NCBI GenBank assembly: GCA_003427395.1
Contig: BFEA01000007.1
Coordinates: 3,563,210-3,627,209, forward strand
Length of the DNA stretch: 64,000 bases
Direction of reading: 5' to 3'
Source of the DNA: Chara braunii
Taxonomy: Eukaryota > Plantae > Charophyceae
A program made the position numbers and the translations under genes. Positions 12,802-24,617 of this stretch are shown here, one piece after another; positions within the stretch are counted from its first letter, which is position 1, and each line of letters starts with the position of its first letter. Under the pieces are notes generated by a model, which was given only the letters and a program-made list of their open reading frames with translations, did not search any database and was not told the origin of the DNA.

Positions 12802-15800
12802 GCTTGGGAAGGGGGGAGAGTTAGGGCAAAGTTGGCGGTGTGGAGTGGAGGGTAAGTATGTGTACGTGAGAGAGAGAGAGAGAGAGAGAGATGGGGCATG
12901 GGGTAGGGGGGAGAGTTAGGTCTAAGTTGGCTCATTGGAAGGGAGGGTGAAGATGCACCGTGTGGCGCGATCTTGTTTTTTTACTCCCTTTTTTTGTGTA
13001 CGAGAGAGAGAGGGAGAGGGAGAGTATGCTTCGATCAGTTGCCTCGACAATGAATGAAATGTATCATATTTGTTGTTGCGAGCGAAGCCGCAACAGGTCA
13101 TTTAGTGCGCTAAAGGAAAGTGTAATTGTCAGTAATTGATGGTTGTTTTGATGGTTGTTGCTTGTGGCTGGTCGCAGGGAGGACCCTCGAATGCTCGCTT
13201 GCGAAGCCCCCAGCTGAGAAGCGTGCACCTCCTCCGCCGGAGCCGTCCTATCCTGTTCGGGGAGGAACTGCAGGGCTATTGCCACAATACCAGCCGCAGA
13301 GGTCCGCAGCATATGCATATCAGGCAGCAGGAGCTTATGCTGGCTACGGGCATGTTGGAGTAAGAGCATACCCGAGCGCCCAGGTGAGTTTGGTCATTCT
13401 TAGTTCTAAACTACTCTAGAATGGTGCATGCGCTACTCCATAAGGTTGTCCATGGTGCTGTTTTGCAGTATTTGCCGCATTGTACTATGGCACTAACACT
13501 CGTCAATGGATCTCGTAGGAATCCTTGGGCAAGTGCATAATTTGTGCGTCAGTTGCCTGGGCCGTAGGTGTATCCTGACAAGGGTAGTCTTGGATCTGTT
13601 GAACATGCAGGGTCTATTTCTGTCCTCAATCCCTATGAAATTCATGCTGGCAAATGCCATCACGCTCTGGTCAACCCAGCCTGCTAAGAAAGTAGTTCTC
13701 CCTCCAGTTGCTCTGACGATGTTAATGGTTTTTGCTCCCCCGCCCCCCGGCCCCCAAATCTTCAAAACAGGGCCTTACGGTCCTGGATCCATATCCATTC
13801 TGGGGAGGGTCAGTCCAGTTCCTTTTCCACCGGCAAGTCGTAAAGAATACAATAGGATCACACACACACGCTTCCTTCCGTCCGGTCGAATGACACCTGA
13901 TCAGCATTGATTACTCCGTTCACGTGGAGGACTGACTGTCCGCTTGCCTTCCTGGTAGGAATCCTCTCAGCTATGGGGAACCACAGCCGTCGACTCAGCT
14001 TGCTGTCGTCTTCGCTCTTGTTCTCTCCTGCCTCCTTTGGTATCTCCGAGTACCCTGTATGTTCGAACGCAGCTGCCTTTTGCAAGGCCTTCCTGGTTAT
14101 CACACTAAATGCAGATAGGGATTGACTCCTTTCCTGTGCCGGGGTTTTCCGCCGAGATGAGAAATACTGGGCAAGAGCAACAGAACTATGGGACAGCCTT
14201 TCCTCCTCCCCTTCCAGAACACCCTATCCAATTGCACCTTTGGACTAACTTAACTCACCAAATCTGAAAAGATCCGGTTTGGGATGATACGCAAGGTTGC
14301 ACTTTGGGCTACATGGAAGGAAAGGTGCAGCAGAACCCATGAAGGTACCAACAACTCAAGGGAGAAGGCCTGGGCCACCTCCAAAGGGAAGATGTAATCA
14401 GAGATCCTGTGCCACCGGACGAAGAACAAACTGTGGGTGCAAAATTGCCCAGAAAAAGAACAGACGACAGCTGCAAAGTTCAACCGTGCTGGCAGAAGGC
14501 AACGTTGCTGGGCTGGATAGGCTCAACCTAAGGGCGGACTCACACTAGGCACTCAAAATCGCAGAATTGCAAATCAGCTGCCTGATCCAGTCCTCCTAAT
14601 GGAAGAACTCGAGCTGGCTACTCATTTCGCTAGTGTGATTATGAAGTCCTAATGGAAGAACTCGATCTGGAAAGACTTGCATAACTCAACTGTTGTTTTT
14701 GCTATTTGTTTCTATACGTCATTGTATTTTACTGTAATCTTGATAAATGTGACTGCTGGTTGTTGTTCCAAACATAATTGCTCCTAAAGCGCACACTCGT
14801 GTGGTATGTGGCCTTCCGTTGCAGTGGCTTTAGGTGGCCCCTCGAAAAGCATGCGGGATGCAATGATGGGGTGTTATTATTTCAGGGGTCTGGCATATTT
14901 AGGTCGTCAAAAGAGCCTGATGGATGGCCCCTCGAAAAGCATGCATGATGCAACGATGGGGTGTTATTATTTCAGGGGTCTGGCATATTTTAGGTCGTCA
15001 AAAGAGCCTGATGGATAGCAGAGGCTGTAGGGGTACTCTGGTTCACCCGGGTCAGGGAGGAACGTCGGGATCTGAAAGTAGTGCAGCTCGTTCACTCTCT
15101 TTCTAGGACCATGGTGGGAGATTTCCTCTCGTTTTAGGAAAGGGTTTCAAACCGTCTCCTAAAGGGCACACTTGTGTGGAATGTGGCCTTCCGTCGCAGT
15201 CGCTTTAGGGTCGCCCCTCGAAAAGCATGCGTGATGCAATGGTGGTGTGTTATTATTTCAGGGGTCCGGCATATTTTAGGCTTTGTTTTGTTGTATGGCA
15301 TGTGACTCACTCTGGTTTTTCAATGTCCTTGCTGTTCTTCCTACAGCCTGTAATTTACGGCAGAGGTCCCACGCCTGCAGGGATGACAATGGTCCCGATG
15401 ATGCTGCCGGATGGCACAGTAGGCTATGTCCTGTAAGTACGCTCTTGAACATTTGGGAGTGTTTTGCATACCCTTCGCTTTTCTCGCCTATGTACCCTGT
15501 TTTTGCGAGCTGCCCTTTACCTCTGTCTCTGCATGTTGCGCTTAAAATTATTGGAGTCTTGGATGCCTTGTTGTTTGAAGCCTCTGTTAGTCGGGATATA
15601 AGTCTTTAGGCAGATGAACACCTGTCTCTGGCATGCTATGCTTTGGGGCTCTTGGGTTTCCGACTTCTTTCAAGTCTCTCTGTGAGGATACTGACCGCAA
15701 ACAATTTGTTCGTGCTCATCTTTCTGCTTGATGCAGGCAACAACCAGGCCAGATCCCACCTGCTACTGCCTATCGGAGAGCAGGAGCTCAGGGAATGATC

Positions 15801-15860
15801 ACATACGCACATTCTGGAGCCCCAATTGGTCGGCAGGATCGGCGGTATCGCCCGTACTGA
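4087..15860 (+). CDS. LIF2: hnRNP Q/R-like (LIF2-type) three-RRM RNA-binding protein, spliced, 5'-partial: join(4087-4203,4590-4730,8706-8882,11225-11432,13178-13383,15347-15432,15737-15860), 352 aa visible
   Basis: Seven exons with AG/GT boundaries join in frame. RNP motifs: KGYGFVTF, RLFIGNIP, NRGFAFVEY, VYVRNLP, RDFGFIHF. Plant hnRNP-Q C-terminal motif PVIYGRGPTPAGMTMVPMMLPDGTVGYVLQQPG and terminal RRYRPY*. The symbol denotes the family or co-ortholog, not proven one-to-one orthology. Confidence 0.92.
4590..4730 (+). CDS. hnRNP Q-like exon, RRM1 end and RRM2 start
   Basis: ttcccag|GGT...CAG|gttagt; GKKIRVTPSQSKHRLFIGNIPKLWTKEELLKALSDESAGIESVDLLQ. Confidence 0.92.
4898..4971. other. Intronic inverted repeat (30-bp stem, 14-nt loop)
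   Basis: GACCAAAATCTTTGCAAAGCTATTTCATAG (4898-4927) matches the reverse complement of 4942-4971 at 29 of 30 positions. Confidence 0.85.
7452..8661 (+). mobile_element. Solo LTR of the chromovirus family (family A) in the intron between the second and third visible exons
   Basis: Starts TGTGATGACCC and ends GGCCAGGATCATAAC(G). It is the reverse complement of the LTRs at 17139-19692 and 29906-31230. AACT flanks both sides and there is no internal region. Confidence 0.85.
8706..8882 (+). CDS. hnRNP Q-like exon, RRM2
   Basis: tctcag|GAT...CAG|gtatgc; DPSNPHKNRGFAFVEYYNHAAAEQARR...TPTVNYAENRTEPDAAAMAQ. Confidence 0.92.
9303..10937. mobile_element. Non-coding insertion (probable non-autonomous retroposon) flanked by 132-bp direct repeats 9171-9302 and 10938-11069
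   Basis: The flanking repeats align without gaps, with about 10 mismatches. The left end has six tandem CAAGTTTC(TTC)TTTTAATTAAA units. The right end carries the dispersed ~60-bp module also seen at 430-515. Confidence 0.7.
11225..11432 (+). CDS. hnRNP Q-like exon, RRM3
   Basis: gcgcag|GTC...GATG|gtaagt; VKVVYVRNLPESVTEDYLRKLFEKHGEITKII...RDFGFIHFAERSSAVAAI. Confidence 0.93.
11572..13105 (+). mobile_element. Helitron-like non-autonomous element with microsatellite-rich internal repeats (5' end approximate)
   Basis: 3' hairpin TGTTGCG-AGCGAAGC-CGCAACA, then GGTCATTTAG|T. Subterminal inverted repeat ATGACCTGTCG (11580) / CAACAGGTCAT (13091). Internal GTTAGGGCAAAGTTGG-like module occurs about 5 times. 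Confidence 0.5.
13178..13383 (+). CDS. hnRNP Q-like exon, RRM3 end and Pro/Tyr/Gly-rich region
   Basis: gtcgcag|GG...CAG|gtgagt; phase matches the previous exon; GRTLECSLAKPP...YAGYGHVGVRAYPSAQ. Confidence 0.9.
14904..15155. mobile_element. Short insertion flanked by ~124-bp direct repeats 14781-14903 and 15156-15280
   Basis: CTCCTAAAG...CATATTT(T)AGG is repeated. At the left junction, 21 nt of insert end plus 70 nt of target (14904-14994) are copied once more. Confidence 0.7.
15347..15432 (+). CDS. hnRNP Q-like exon, conserved C-terminal motif
   Basis: ctacag|CCT...CT|gtaagt; PVIYGRGPTPAGMTMVPMMLPDGTVGYVL. Confidence 0.92.
15737..15860 (+). CDS. hnRNP Q-like last coding exon
   Basis: atgcag|G CAA CAA CCA GGC...; QQPGQIPP...RQDRRYRPY, stop TGA at 15858-15860. 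Confidence 0.9.
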
Positions 15861-17138
15861 GGGTGATTTGTGTAAAGTGTCGTGAGTGTAGGTCGGGTTG
15901 ATCAGTCTTTATTAGTAGGGGTATATGGTGGTAGTGTTTGCCTGCCCTGGCATGCATGGAGGTGCGAGGGTCTTTAAACACTGTCTGCCTTTCTCTTCCA
16001 TTGTAATGTGCCTGCCTTTCTCTGCATGTGAGTCAGGTGCATGCTCTACTGGGTTGTTTGGTTCAAACCCCCCCCAACTGACCTGTTTAAGTTTTGTCCG
16101 TTGATGTGCGACCGGGTTGTTTGGTTCGAACCCCAACTGTGGCCTGTGGACGGACATGTTTTGAACGGGAGATGTAAAAGCAGGGTGACGTGGGTCGTCG
16201 CTGTAGTATGTGGATATTCCTGGAAAGCGTACATTGACGGATGTTTCCTGGGTCCTGTTTTCTTGTTGGGAGGGACGATCTCGAGATCGAAAAGGACCCA
16301 CTGTCGCATTCATCATGCTGAATGCATTTTGACTCTGGCATATGAACAGCACAGCTCTTTTTTACGGTCTGGATGTTGGTCATCCATTGAGTAAATTGCA
16401 TGGGTGGGTCAGGACGGGCCGGCAATTCGTAGGCTGTCCCCATTCTTGGATGAAGATTGGTTGTCCAAGTACTTGATGGGAAAAGGTAGGGTCGGGAAAG
16501 GACAGATCGGACATGGTAGGGACCCGTTCCTCAATTTCCTTTCTCCCGAAGTGTGAGAAGTAGCGAAAGGTTTTGTGTTCTGCAAATTATTTGTCGCCAG
16601 CGAGTGGTTTTTCGGAGAGCATCTCTGCTCTTTGCCTTCTGCTTCTTTCCATGTCTAGGAGCATTGCACAGCCTGCACATCGATCTCTTGGGTGCCTGTC
16701 CCGTGTCTGATAGTCGAGCGATGGGCTGAGCCGGGCGGGTGTCTTGTGTCATGGGGCTGAAGGTAACGAACTGCTCAGGTGAAAATGGGAAAGGTTGGGG
16801 TGATGGGATGAGAGTGTTCGTAATGATATGAAATAGTTGTTAATCCCTTTTTAAATTTGTAAAAGCCACAAATGTTGTGATGATTTGATTTTTTGTCACC
16901 ATGTATAGACGGGTAACAAACGTCCGTTTTCCTGTCACGTTTGTTCTTTGGGGTCGAGCACTTTATTGATTTTCCCTTTTCGCATCTGTGAAGTTATGTA
17001 TCAGGTTCAGAAGCGATGATGCGTTGTTGCTGGGTCCAACCAGATTCCAAGCTTCACCTCTTTCACTCCAGTGCCTTGTTCCTTCCATGGGATACACAGT
17101 TTTTCTTGCCGTATTTGATACGGTTGTTTTTTTGGGTA

Positions 17139-18495
17139 TGTTACGATCCTGGCCAATTTCGAAGTATACATTCGTCAGAAAGTACAATGCCGTCCAATTG
17201 CAAAAAGAAATGAATGAACTTGAGAGGGGAGAGAGGGAAAGAAGAAGAAGAAGAAAGAAAGAAGAAGAACATGCACTCCAGCATAGACCAGAGATAATGC
17301 TCTTCTTCTTTGCCAACCAATCTCCTCATCTTCTCCCCTCTCATTCAAACAAGAAATCACAATAATAATGTTGAATGGCTGAACCAGAATTAATGTCCGA
17401 ATCCCTCTTCTACTGCAGGCACAACATGAGGTCCACCATAGACATGGCAGCCCTTCCTCTTCCTCTTCATGTAGGCCGATAGCCATGGCAGCCGTTCCTC
17501 TTCCTCTTCATGTAGGCTGATAGCCATGGCAGCCGTTCCTCTTCCTCTTCATGTAGGCCGAGGCTATGGCAGAGCACTGAGGGCTCTATCCTCCAGTCCA
17601 AAGGACAACCCAAAGCAGCTATGTGGCTCGCCTCCTGTCCCAAGGTCGACACCAGGCAGCTATGCCGCTGTTCATTTATAGCCGCCATGCCTGACTGTCG
17701 CGAGATTCCTTTGATGTGGCACTACCCCAACTGGGGCGCTTCCAGATGCAGCGCCTAAGAAGGTGATGAAGATGGTGTCCACCATATCCAGGCAGGCTAT
17801 GAAACACCCGCGGCTGCGGTCACCACGGGCGCGACGCGGTCGATGGCTGCGGTCGTGAGGCCGAGGTCATGACCGTGGCAGCCACACTCTGCCGCGGCCC
17901 ACAGCTGCTGAGGGGAGAGGGGGTTGGGGGTCGGGGTTGCAGATTGGGGTTCCGGAACGCTGACCCTACCCCTTTGAACAGAAAAGAGTTACAAGAAATA
18001 ATTTCCGGGGGTATGTTTTTGGGGTGTGGAAAATAACATAAAAGAAAATGGGAAAAAATAAATATTGATTGCTTGATTGTTTTTTGATCGATTGATTGAT
18101 TGGTTGATTGATTGCTTGATTGCTTGATTGCTTGCTTGATTGATTGATTGGTGGGGGATGTCCTCCCAACCCTCCCCCCTGCGTACACACACACACACAC
18201 ACACGCGCGCGGGCACAGACGGACGTGCGCTTGCACACACACACACACACGCACACACACACACACACACACACAGAAACACGCACACACACCCGCGCAC
18301 ACAAACACAGGCGGGCGCACATGCACACACCCGCGCCAGCACACACACACACGCCCGTGCCCACACAAACACAAACACACACACACACACACACACGCCC
18401 GTGCCCACACAAACACACAAACACACACACGAGCACACACGCACACATGCGGACAAATACACAAACAGACAAGTGCACACATATGCACACACACT

Positions 18496-18531
<36 letters not shown>

Positions 18532-18532
18532 C

Positions 18533-18586
<54 letters not shown>

Positions 18587-19692
18587 TATCAATCAATCAA
18601 TCAATGAGTGTGTACCTAGTAAAAACAAGTATCTCACCAGCAATCAGAAACAAAAATAAAAAAAGACGAATTCCCTTTTTATTTATTATGTTTCTTTTAA
18701 TTTGAATACTTGTTTTTTTGACTTTTTTCGTTTTATATTTTTAAAAAATCACGAAAAACATTTGAAAAATGAGAAACTTGTGAAAAACTTTACAACCCCA
18801 TGTTTTTTTTTTTTTTTTGCCTATTATCCTAGGAATTAAAAATGTCGGGGGTTTGCAATGGCACTTGGCCCTCGGGGCTGGCCGCCGTGGCCATTATCGG
18901 GACTGCATGTAGTTAGCGGGCCGTCATGACTGAGCATGATACATAGCAGGCAGGTACCTCACCACTCTCCTCCTTGGTCCTCTTCTCTCTCCTCCTACGG
19001 ATAGAGCTCCACCGTAGCCAAGATGGAAGCTCCCAGCCTTCTTCCTCCCAGCAGTGCTGTAGTAGCTCGTGTTCCTCCAGCCAGCGCTCCAGCAGCGTGT
19101 CGCCAATCTTGCACACTGAAGAATGAGGCTGGGCTCTTCGCTTAGCTTCAACATATAGCAGATTACCCGCCTCCTGGGCAGTGACTTCCAGCAACCGGTA
19201 CCTGCTCCCTTTCGGAGGGAAATATCGTTGCAAACTCTGATATTGCCTGTACAGGCCCTAGACTCAGACTGGATGGACTGGTACCCCCTTAGGCCTAGCC
19301 TACCGCTACTGGGCCTTCAAAAATGCCAACTTTGTTATATTCTGCTCAGCCTAGAGTACCGGGAACATCTACTTCTACTGGGTAGCGGTACTGGCCAACC
19401 TGCTACTTGGGTATTTTTCTGCTGATCCAAGTGCTGCGGGCCTCTGGCTCTGCCACTCGAGTGTTTTCCGTGAAGCACCCCTCAATGTCACAGCCACAGG
19501 TAAGTACGCTTGCCGGGTCACACACACACTCATGCCGGCCGACAAGCACTCAGACAGCCACGCAGGTCACCAAGCACCCACACACACAGACATAAAAAGC
19601 TCAGCGGAATGCGGGATTCTCAGCAAGGCATCCATTCCATCGGCAGAACTACAAAATCAGCAATGTTCTCTGTATTATGGTGGGTCATTACA
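17139..19692 (-). repeat. 3' LTR of family A copy 1, interrupted by the DNA element at 17797-18946
   Basis: TGTTACGATCCTGGCC...GGGTCATTACA; homologous to 29906-31230; contains a 41-bp unit triplicated at ~17440-17560. Confidence 0.88.
17797..18946. mobile_element. Non-autonomous TIR DNA transposon with CTATG termini and an 8-bp TSD
   Basis: TSD CAGGCAGG at 17789-17796 and 18947-18954. Ends are CTATGAAACACCCGCGG...TGATACATAG. The empty site is visible in the LTR at ~30460. Confidence 0.85.
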
Positions 19693-19789
19693 ATAGCCCC
19701 TCTTTGAGAGCAAGCTCCCTTTGACCGTGTGTCTCACTGAGAGTCCCTGCATAATCCCTTGTCTCTCACTGAGAGTCCCTTGTCAGTCG

Positions 19790-20160
19790 GTCGTATGCGT
19801 TGACAACTCGTGGGGCACTCTGCAGCCAGTCCTTAGCAATCCAGTAAAAGTCGTTTAAAAGTCGTTTAATTGTCTGTTTCGCCATTGTCTGTGCGAGGAA
19901 TCACCGATTCCCGATATTGGAAAGTTCTGAGTGGTACATACGGAAACAATTTCGAGGTGTGAAAGACTGCGTACGTGCACAGGACGTCGATTGTGCGAGG
20001 ACCAAATGAATCCTCCTCTACCTGGTTCGGTACTTTCCACGAACTGTAATACTGAGGAAGAAGTTTTAGGGATGCACCTTCAGAAAATTCAAACATTTTG
20101 ACCCATACATAACTTCCCATTGTGAAAGGTTGAGGCGTCTGCTTCTTTCACCGGATGCGC

Positions 20161-20201
<41 letters not shown>

Positions 20202-20256
20202 TGGCGGACCAAACTTGGCCTCTCTCTCTCACTGTCCCTCTCTGTAAACTCCATGG

Positions 20257-20312
<56 letters not shown>

Positions 20313-22890
20313 ACCTCTGCGTCCATCATGGTCAGTGGGCTTGGCCGAAATGCACAAAAGACTGAAATCATCAGGGTCTATGTTTTTGTGTTTGGGCAGA
20401 AGATTCACTATCGTTTTGCAAATTTCAAGAGTAGTGGAGCCACAGGCCTTTGTTTTTCGATGTTTTGTTTTTCGGGCGGACAGATTGTTGCTGTGTTTTG
20501 TTTTTTGAGTACCTACCGGTAGCTCGAGGCTCGGCAAGGTTTAGGTTACCGGTAAGCTTAGGCACAGACCTTAACAACCGCTAGGTACTGGTTGTTTAAT
20601 ATTGGCACTGCGTCGCCCTTCCATAGCTGCAACAACAACTTTGCGCAAGCGATCAAATTTAGCGCTGTGGCCTGGCTAGCCAGTTGTTAGGCCAGGTTGC
20701 GGGTTAGGAAACAGTTAGGATGGGAGATTGCCAATTTGCCATCCGAGGTGCAGCCGATTAGGTGTTATCAGGGTGGAGTGTATGGAGTTGTTGTAAAATC
20801 CTTGCACAATCGGCAATTCCTCATCCCAAGAGTTCTGATTAGGCACAATTAGAGTTTGAAGAAGTTGGATCTCCTCGACCAGTTCATTGGCTTCGGGATC
20901 TGAACCGGACGTCATCTCGAGTTTGATGTCATACATCTGGGAGGTGAAGTCCTTTCAATCTGCAGTTATAAAATTAGTGTCCCGGTCACTCACAAGAATC
21001 TTTGGAGGGCCACACTGCAGAATAAACTTGTTGTGAAACTCCTTGATCACAAGGTTAGATGGGGTATGAGGTGGCAATAGGATCAAATTCAGGAGTTTTG
21101 AAAACAATCAACAATCACCAGTTTACTTATGCATATGTGTTTCAGCTTTTTTTTTCCGTGTTCGTGAAGTTGATGGAAAGATACCCACCCAGGTCATCAG
21201 GAATAGGAAGAGGATACAGAAGCCCATTGGGCTTTTGCCGAGACGGTTTATTGCGTTGATGAACTTCATACTTAACCACAAACTTTGGTGCCATTTATTT
21301 TATCCCAGGCTATACAAACTTTGCAATAGACTTTCGTATGTTTTTTCGAAACCGAACTGTCCACTCTGGCTATCAGCCAAGTCCTAGAAGTATGGATAGG
21401 GTAATGGTTGGGTACGTACAATCGAGCGTACTTCCCGACTACTAGGGTTAGCGTGGATGTGCTCAAGGATGGGATACAGCCGCCCCCTTTAAATTCTTAC
21501 AGAAATCGTAGGAACCCACAAGACAAGTCATGTACTAAGGGTGGCGAGACAAAGCATCCACAATGGGATTGTAACAACGTTTCTTACGTAAGTTCAAAAT
21601 CATACACATCAATGGTTTGCAGTCAGCGGGTCAGTGTAGTCGATGGATTAATTTGTGTCTGGATCCATTTCAAAATTTTGAAATGGCGACCCAAGAGGTA
21701 GTGTTTCCAATGATTTAGTGCATCTCTGTAGGTATAGAGTTCTCGCATGTAAGTGGAAGCAACTACTTGGTGACTGAGCAGACGTTTGGTGTAGTATTCA
21801 AGTGGACGTAAGCCTTCAGCATTACCTTGCTGCAGCAAGACACCAATCCATACAAGCTTGTATCTGTAGTTACTACGAGTGTAAGTTTGGGATCTGCAAT
21901 ACGGAGCATCGGACGACTCACCAAAGCCTCCTTCAATTGTTGGAAAGCGGTTATGAATTTTTCATCCCACGTGTAAGAATGATTGTTGCTTTGTCAATTT
22001 GGACAGTGCACGGGTTATGATAGAAAATGTAAGCTTCAACTTACGGTAGCACGACGCAAGACCAAGAAAAAAACGCAACTCTCAAACATTTGTCTTTTGA
22101 GCCCATTTGCGGATGACGTCCACTTTGGTTGTCTCCGTTTCTAGACTTGAAGCTGACAACTGATGGCGAAGGTAGGTGAGGCTGTGCTTTCCAAATTTTG
22201 AGGTGAAGTTGTGCATACCCCCGACATTTCTGATTGTCCATCGATTTGCTGAAGATCTGTATGTCATCACAGTAAACGACAACAAATCGATTGATCTGAT
22301 TGCGGAATACCTTCTGCATGACACTTTCGAAGGTGGCCGGTGCATTCGTGAGGCCGAAGGGATGATAGTAAATTGGCAGAGCCGGTTGTGAATTTTGATG
22401 CAGTTTTATGCTGGTCTGCGGGGTCGACTTCAATCAGGTAGTAATTAGAGTTAAGATCGATCTTGTTGAAGTCCTTGCATCCACCTGCGGAGTCAAGCAG
22501 ATCATTAATGCGTGACAAATAGTATGCATTCTTACTGGCTACTTTGTTCAGTCCACTATAAGCGATACGCATTAGGAACTTGCCTCCTTTCTCAGGGACA
22601 AACAAAATTGGTGCACTGAATTCAGATTCGTTTGGCTTGATCCAACCTTTTTTATTGCCTTCGCAACTCCTCCAATTTGCATGAGATCATTTGATAGACA
22701 AAACCTTTTGGAGGAGGGTTACCTTCTATCAACTCGACATTGTCTTGGACCGGATGGAAAGGTAATCCCACTCGGTTCGATCAAAACTTCAGCAAGTTGG
22801 TTGAGAAGGCTGCCGATTTTTGATGGGATCTCTGAAGCTAGATCATCTCATTTTGGTACGAGTGTATCGGATTGTTGTGTATCTTTTTAA
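19790..22890 (-). pseudogene. Gypsy pol remnants (RT, RNase H, integrase, chromodomain), copy 1
   Basis: Fragments [51 protein letters not shown]...RELY...LNHWKHYLLGRHF, WDEELPIVQGFYNNSIHS; many stops and frameshifts. Confidence 0.9.
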
Positions 22891-24418
22891 CGCAGAACGG
22901 GGTGGCCGGTGCATTCGTGAGGCCGAAGGGATGATAGTAAATTGGCAGAGCCGATCGTGAATTTTGATGCAGTTTTATGCTGGTCTGCGGGGTCGACTTC
23001 AATCAGGTAGGTTACGTTTTCTCCAGCTCCAGGATGTGATGAGTCGACATTGCAATTGTGTTAATTGAAACCATGTTAAACGCGAAAATGGGCCGCTCTC
23101 GCGCTTTTCGGAAAAACAGAATCAATGCGCGGTGTCCGGAACACGTGGCCCAAGGCGAAAAAAAAAAAAAAAAAAAAAATCCCCCCAACCCCTGAAGCAC
23201 CTCTCATTCGATGTCCCCCAACGCCCCAATTATGTGTGTGTAGGTGTGTTGTGTGTGCACGTATCTGTGTATGTGTGTGCCTACCGTGAGAGTGTGTCTG
23301 TGCATGAATATGAATGTATGCGCGTGGGTTTGTGTATGTGTGTGTTTGTAAGTGTGTGTGTGTATGTGTATGTGTGCGTTTGTGTATGTGTGTTTGTAAG
23401 TGTGTGTGTGTATGTGTATGTGTGCGTTTGTGTATGTGTGTTTGTAAGTGTGTGTGTGTATGTGTGTGTTTGTAAGAGTGTGTGTGTGTCTGTGCCTGCG
23501 CGTGAGAGTGTGTCTCGACTTACAACCTCGTTCCCCAATACAGATTCCACTTGCACCCAAGGACCACCTTGCGCAACACCAAGCTTACAGCAGCGCAGCT
23601 CGGCTATGGTTGCCTGCTCCTTCCTGCTCACCCGTGAGCGCGTGAGTGCCAGCGAGCTACAGCGCGGTAGCGCTTACGTAGCATGCAGCGAGCACCCGAA
23701 TGCCCAATGTGGATGTAGGCCCTTTGCTATATTGAAGTGACCTGCCTGTGTTCAGTCCCAGAAAGCTTCCAGTAGGTCCCGGTAACCTGAGGTACAACAC
23801 GAACGAGAACAGGCCTTGGGCATGAGGTGGTTGCATGCCCCCAACTGCCTTTGGCCTGTGTTTGGCCCAGTACCCGTATCCAGTCCAGGGCCTGCTTGCC
23901 ATACATTCATACAGGCGGCCGAGGACCTGGGTTCCCTCAACCAACTGACGCCAGACTCATGCAACCTGCTACAGGCCCACTTTTGTGTGTGTGTGTTTTT
24001 TTTTCCTTTTTTTAATTTGCTTTTTATGGTTTTGATTTTTTTAAAAATACACGAAGTTGCAAAAAAATAAAATAAAAAATAAATTGTTGTACATCTTGGA
24101 AAGATCTACAACCCTATATTTTTTATTTGTTTTATTTTATTTTATTTTTTTATCCCTTAAAAAATTTGTGTGAAACCCAAAACAAAAACACTCATTTCAT
24201 TTTAGTTTTTGTTTTTTTCATTGTGGGTTTATGTTTTTGATTTTTTTAAAATAGATTTAAGTAGTAAAGAGGTAGGTAGTTTTTAGGAAGGGAGTACTAC
24301 GTAGATAAGGCGTGGTTTTCTTATTAAGCGAAACTGGCTGAGGCTGCCAGGTTAACTTCCGGGTTGAGTTGTGAGGTCCCCGGCCTCGTCTATTGTTTTT
24401 GCAATATATTGAATGTGT

Positions 24419-24489
<71 letters not shown>

Positions 24490-24617
24490 NNNNNNNNNNN
24501 NNNNNNNNNNNNNNNNNNNNNNNNNNNTAATCCTAAAAAAAATCCTGTAACCCTTTTTTTTTTTGTTTTTTGGATAATTTTTAGTCCAGGAAAAAAATAA
24601 TCTTGGACCCCGTTGAT

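Noticed and set aside
13493-14548. Possible LINE ORF1 remnant in an intron (degenerate CxxC-like IRCHSTGRKEAC on the minus strand)
   Set aside because: The motif is too degenerate and no boundaries or TSD were found, so it was left unannotated.
17820-18705. Long ORFs rich in CV, HT, ER or SL dipeptides (also near 1544-2600, 11647-12935, 23132-23740, 26583-27682, 53108-54439)
   Set aside because: These are translations of (CA)n/(GA)n microsatellites, N gaps or GC-rich TE DNA, not genes.
20150-20585. Small (GA)n/(CT)n insertion in the integrase region, as a Helitron
   Set aside because: The insertion is real by comparison with copy 2, but the termini are too ambiguous to classify.
24425-24527. 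Long poly(A) as a retroposon tail
   Set aside because: It abuts an N gap, like other homopolymers in this assembly, so its length and context are unreliable.
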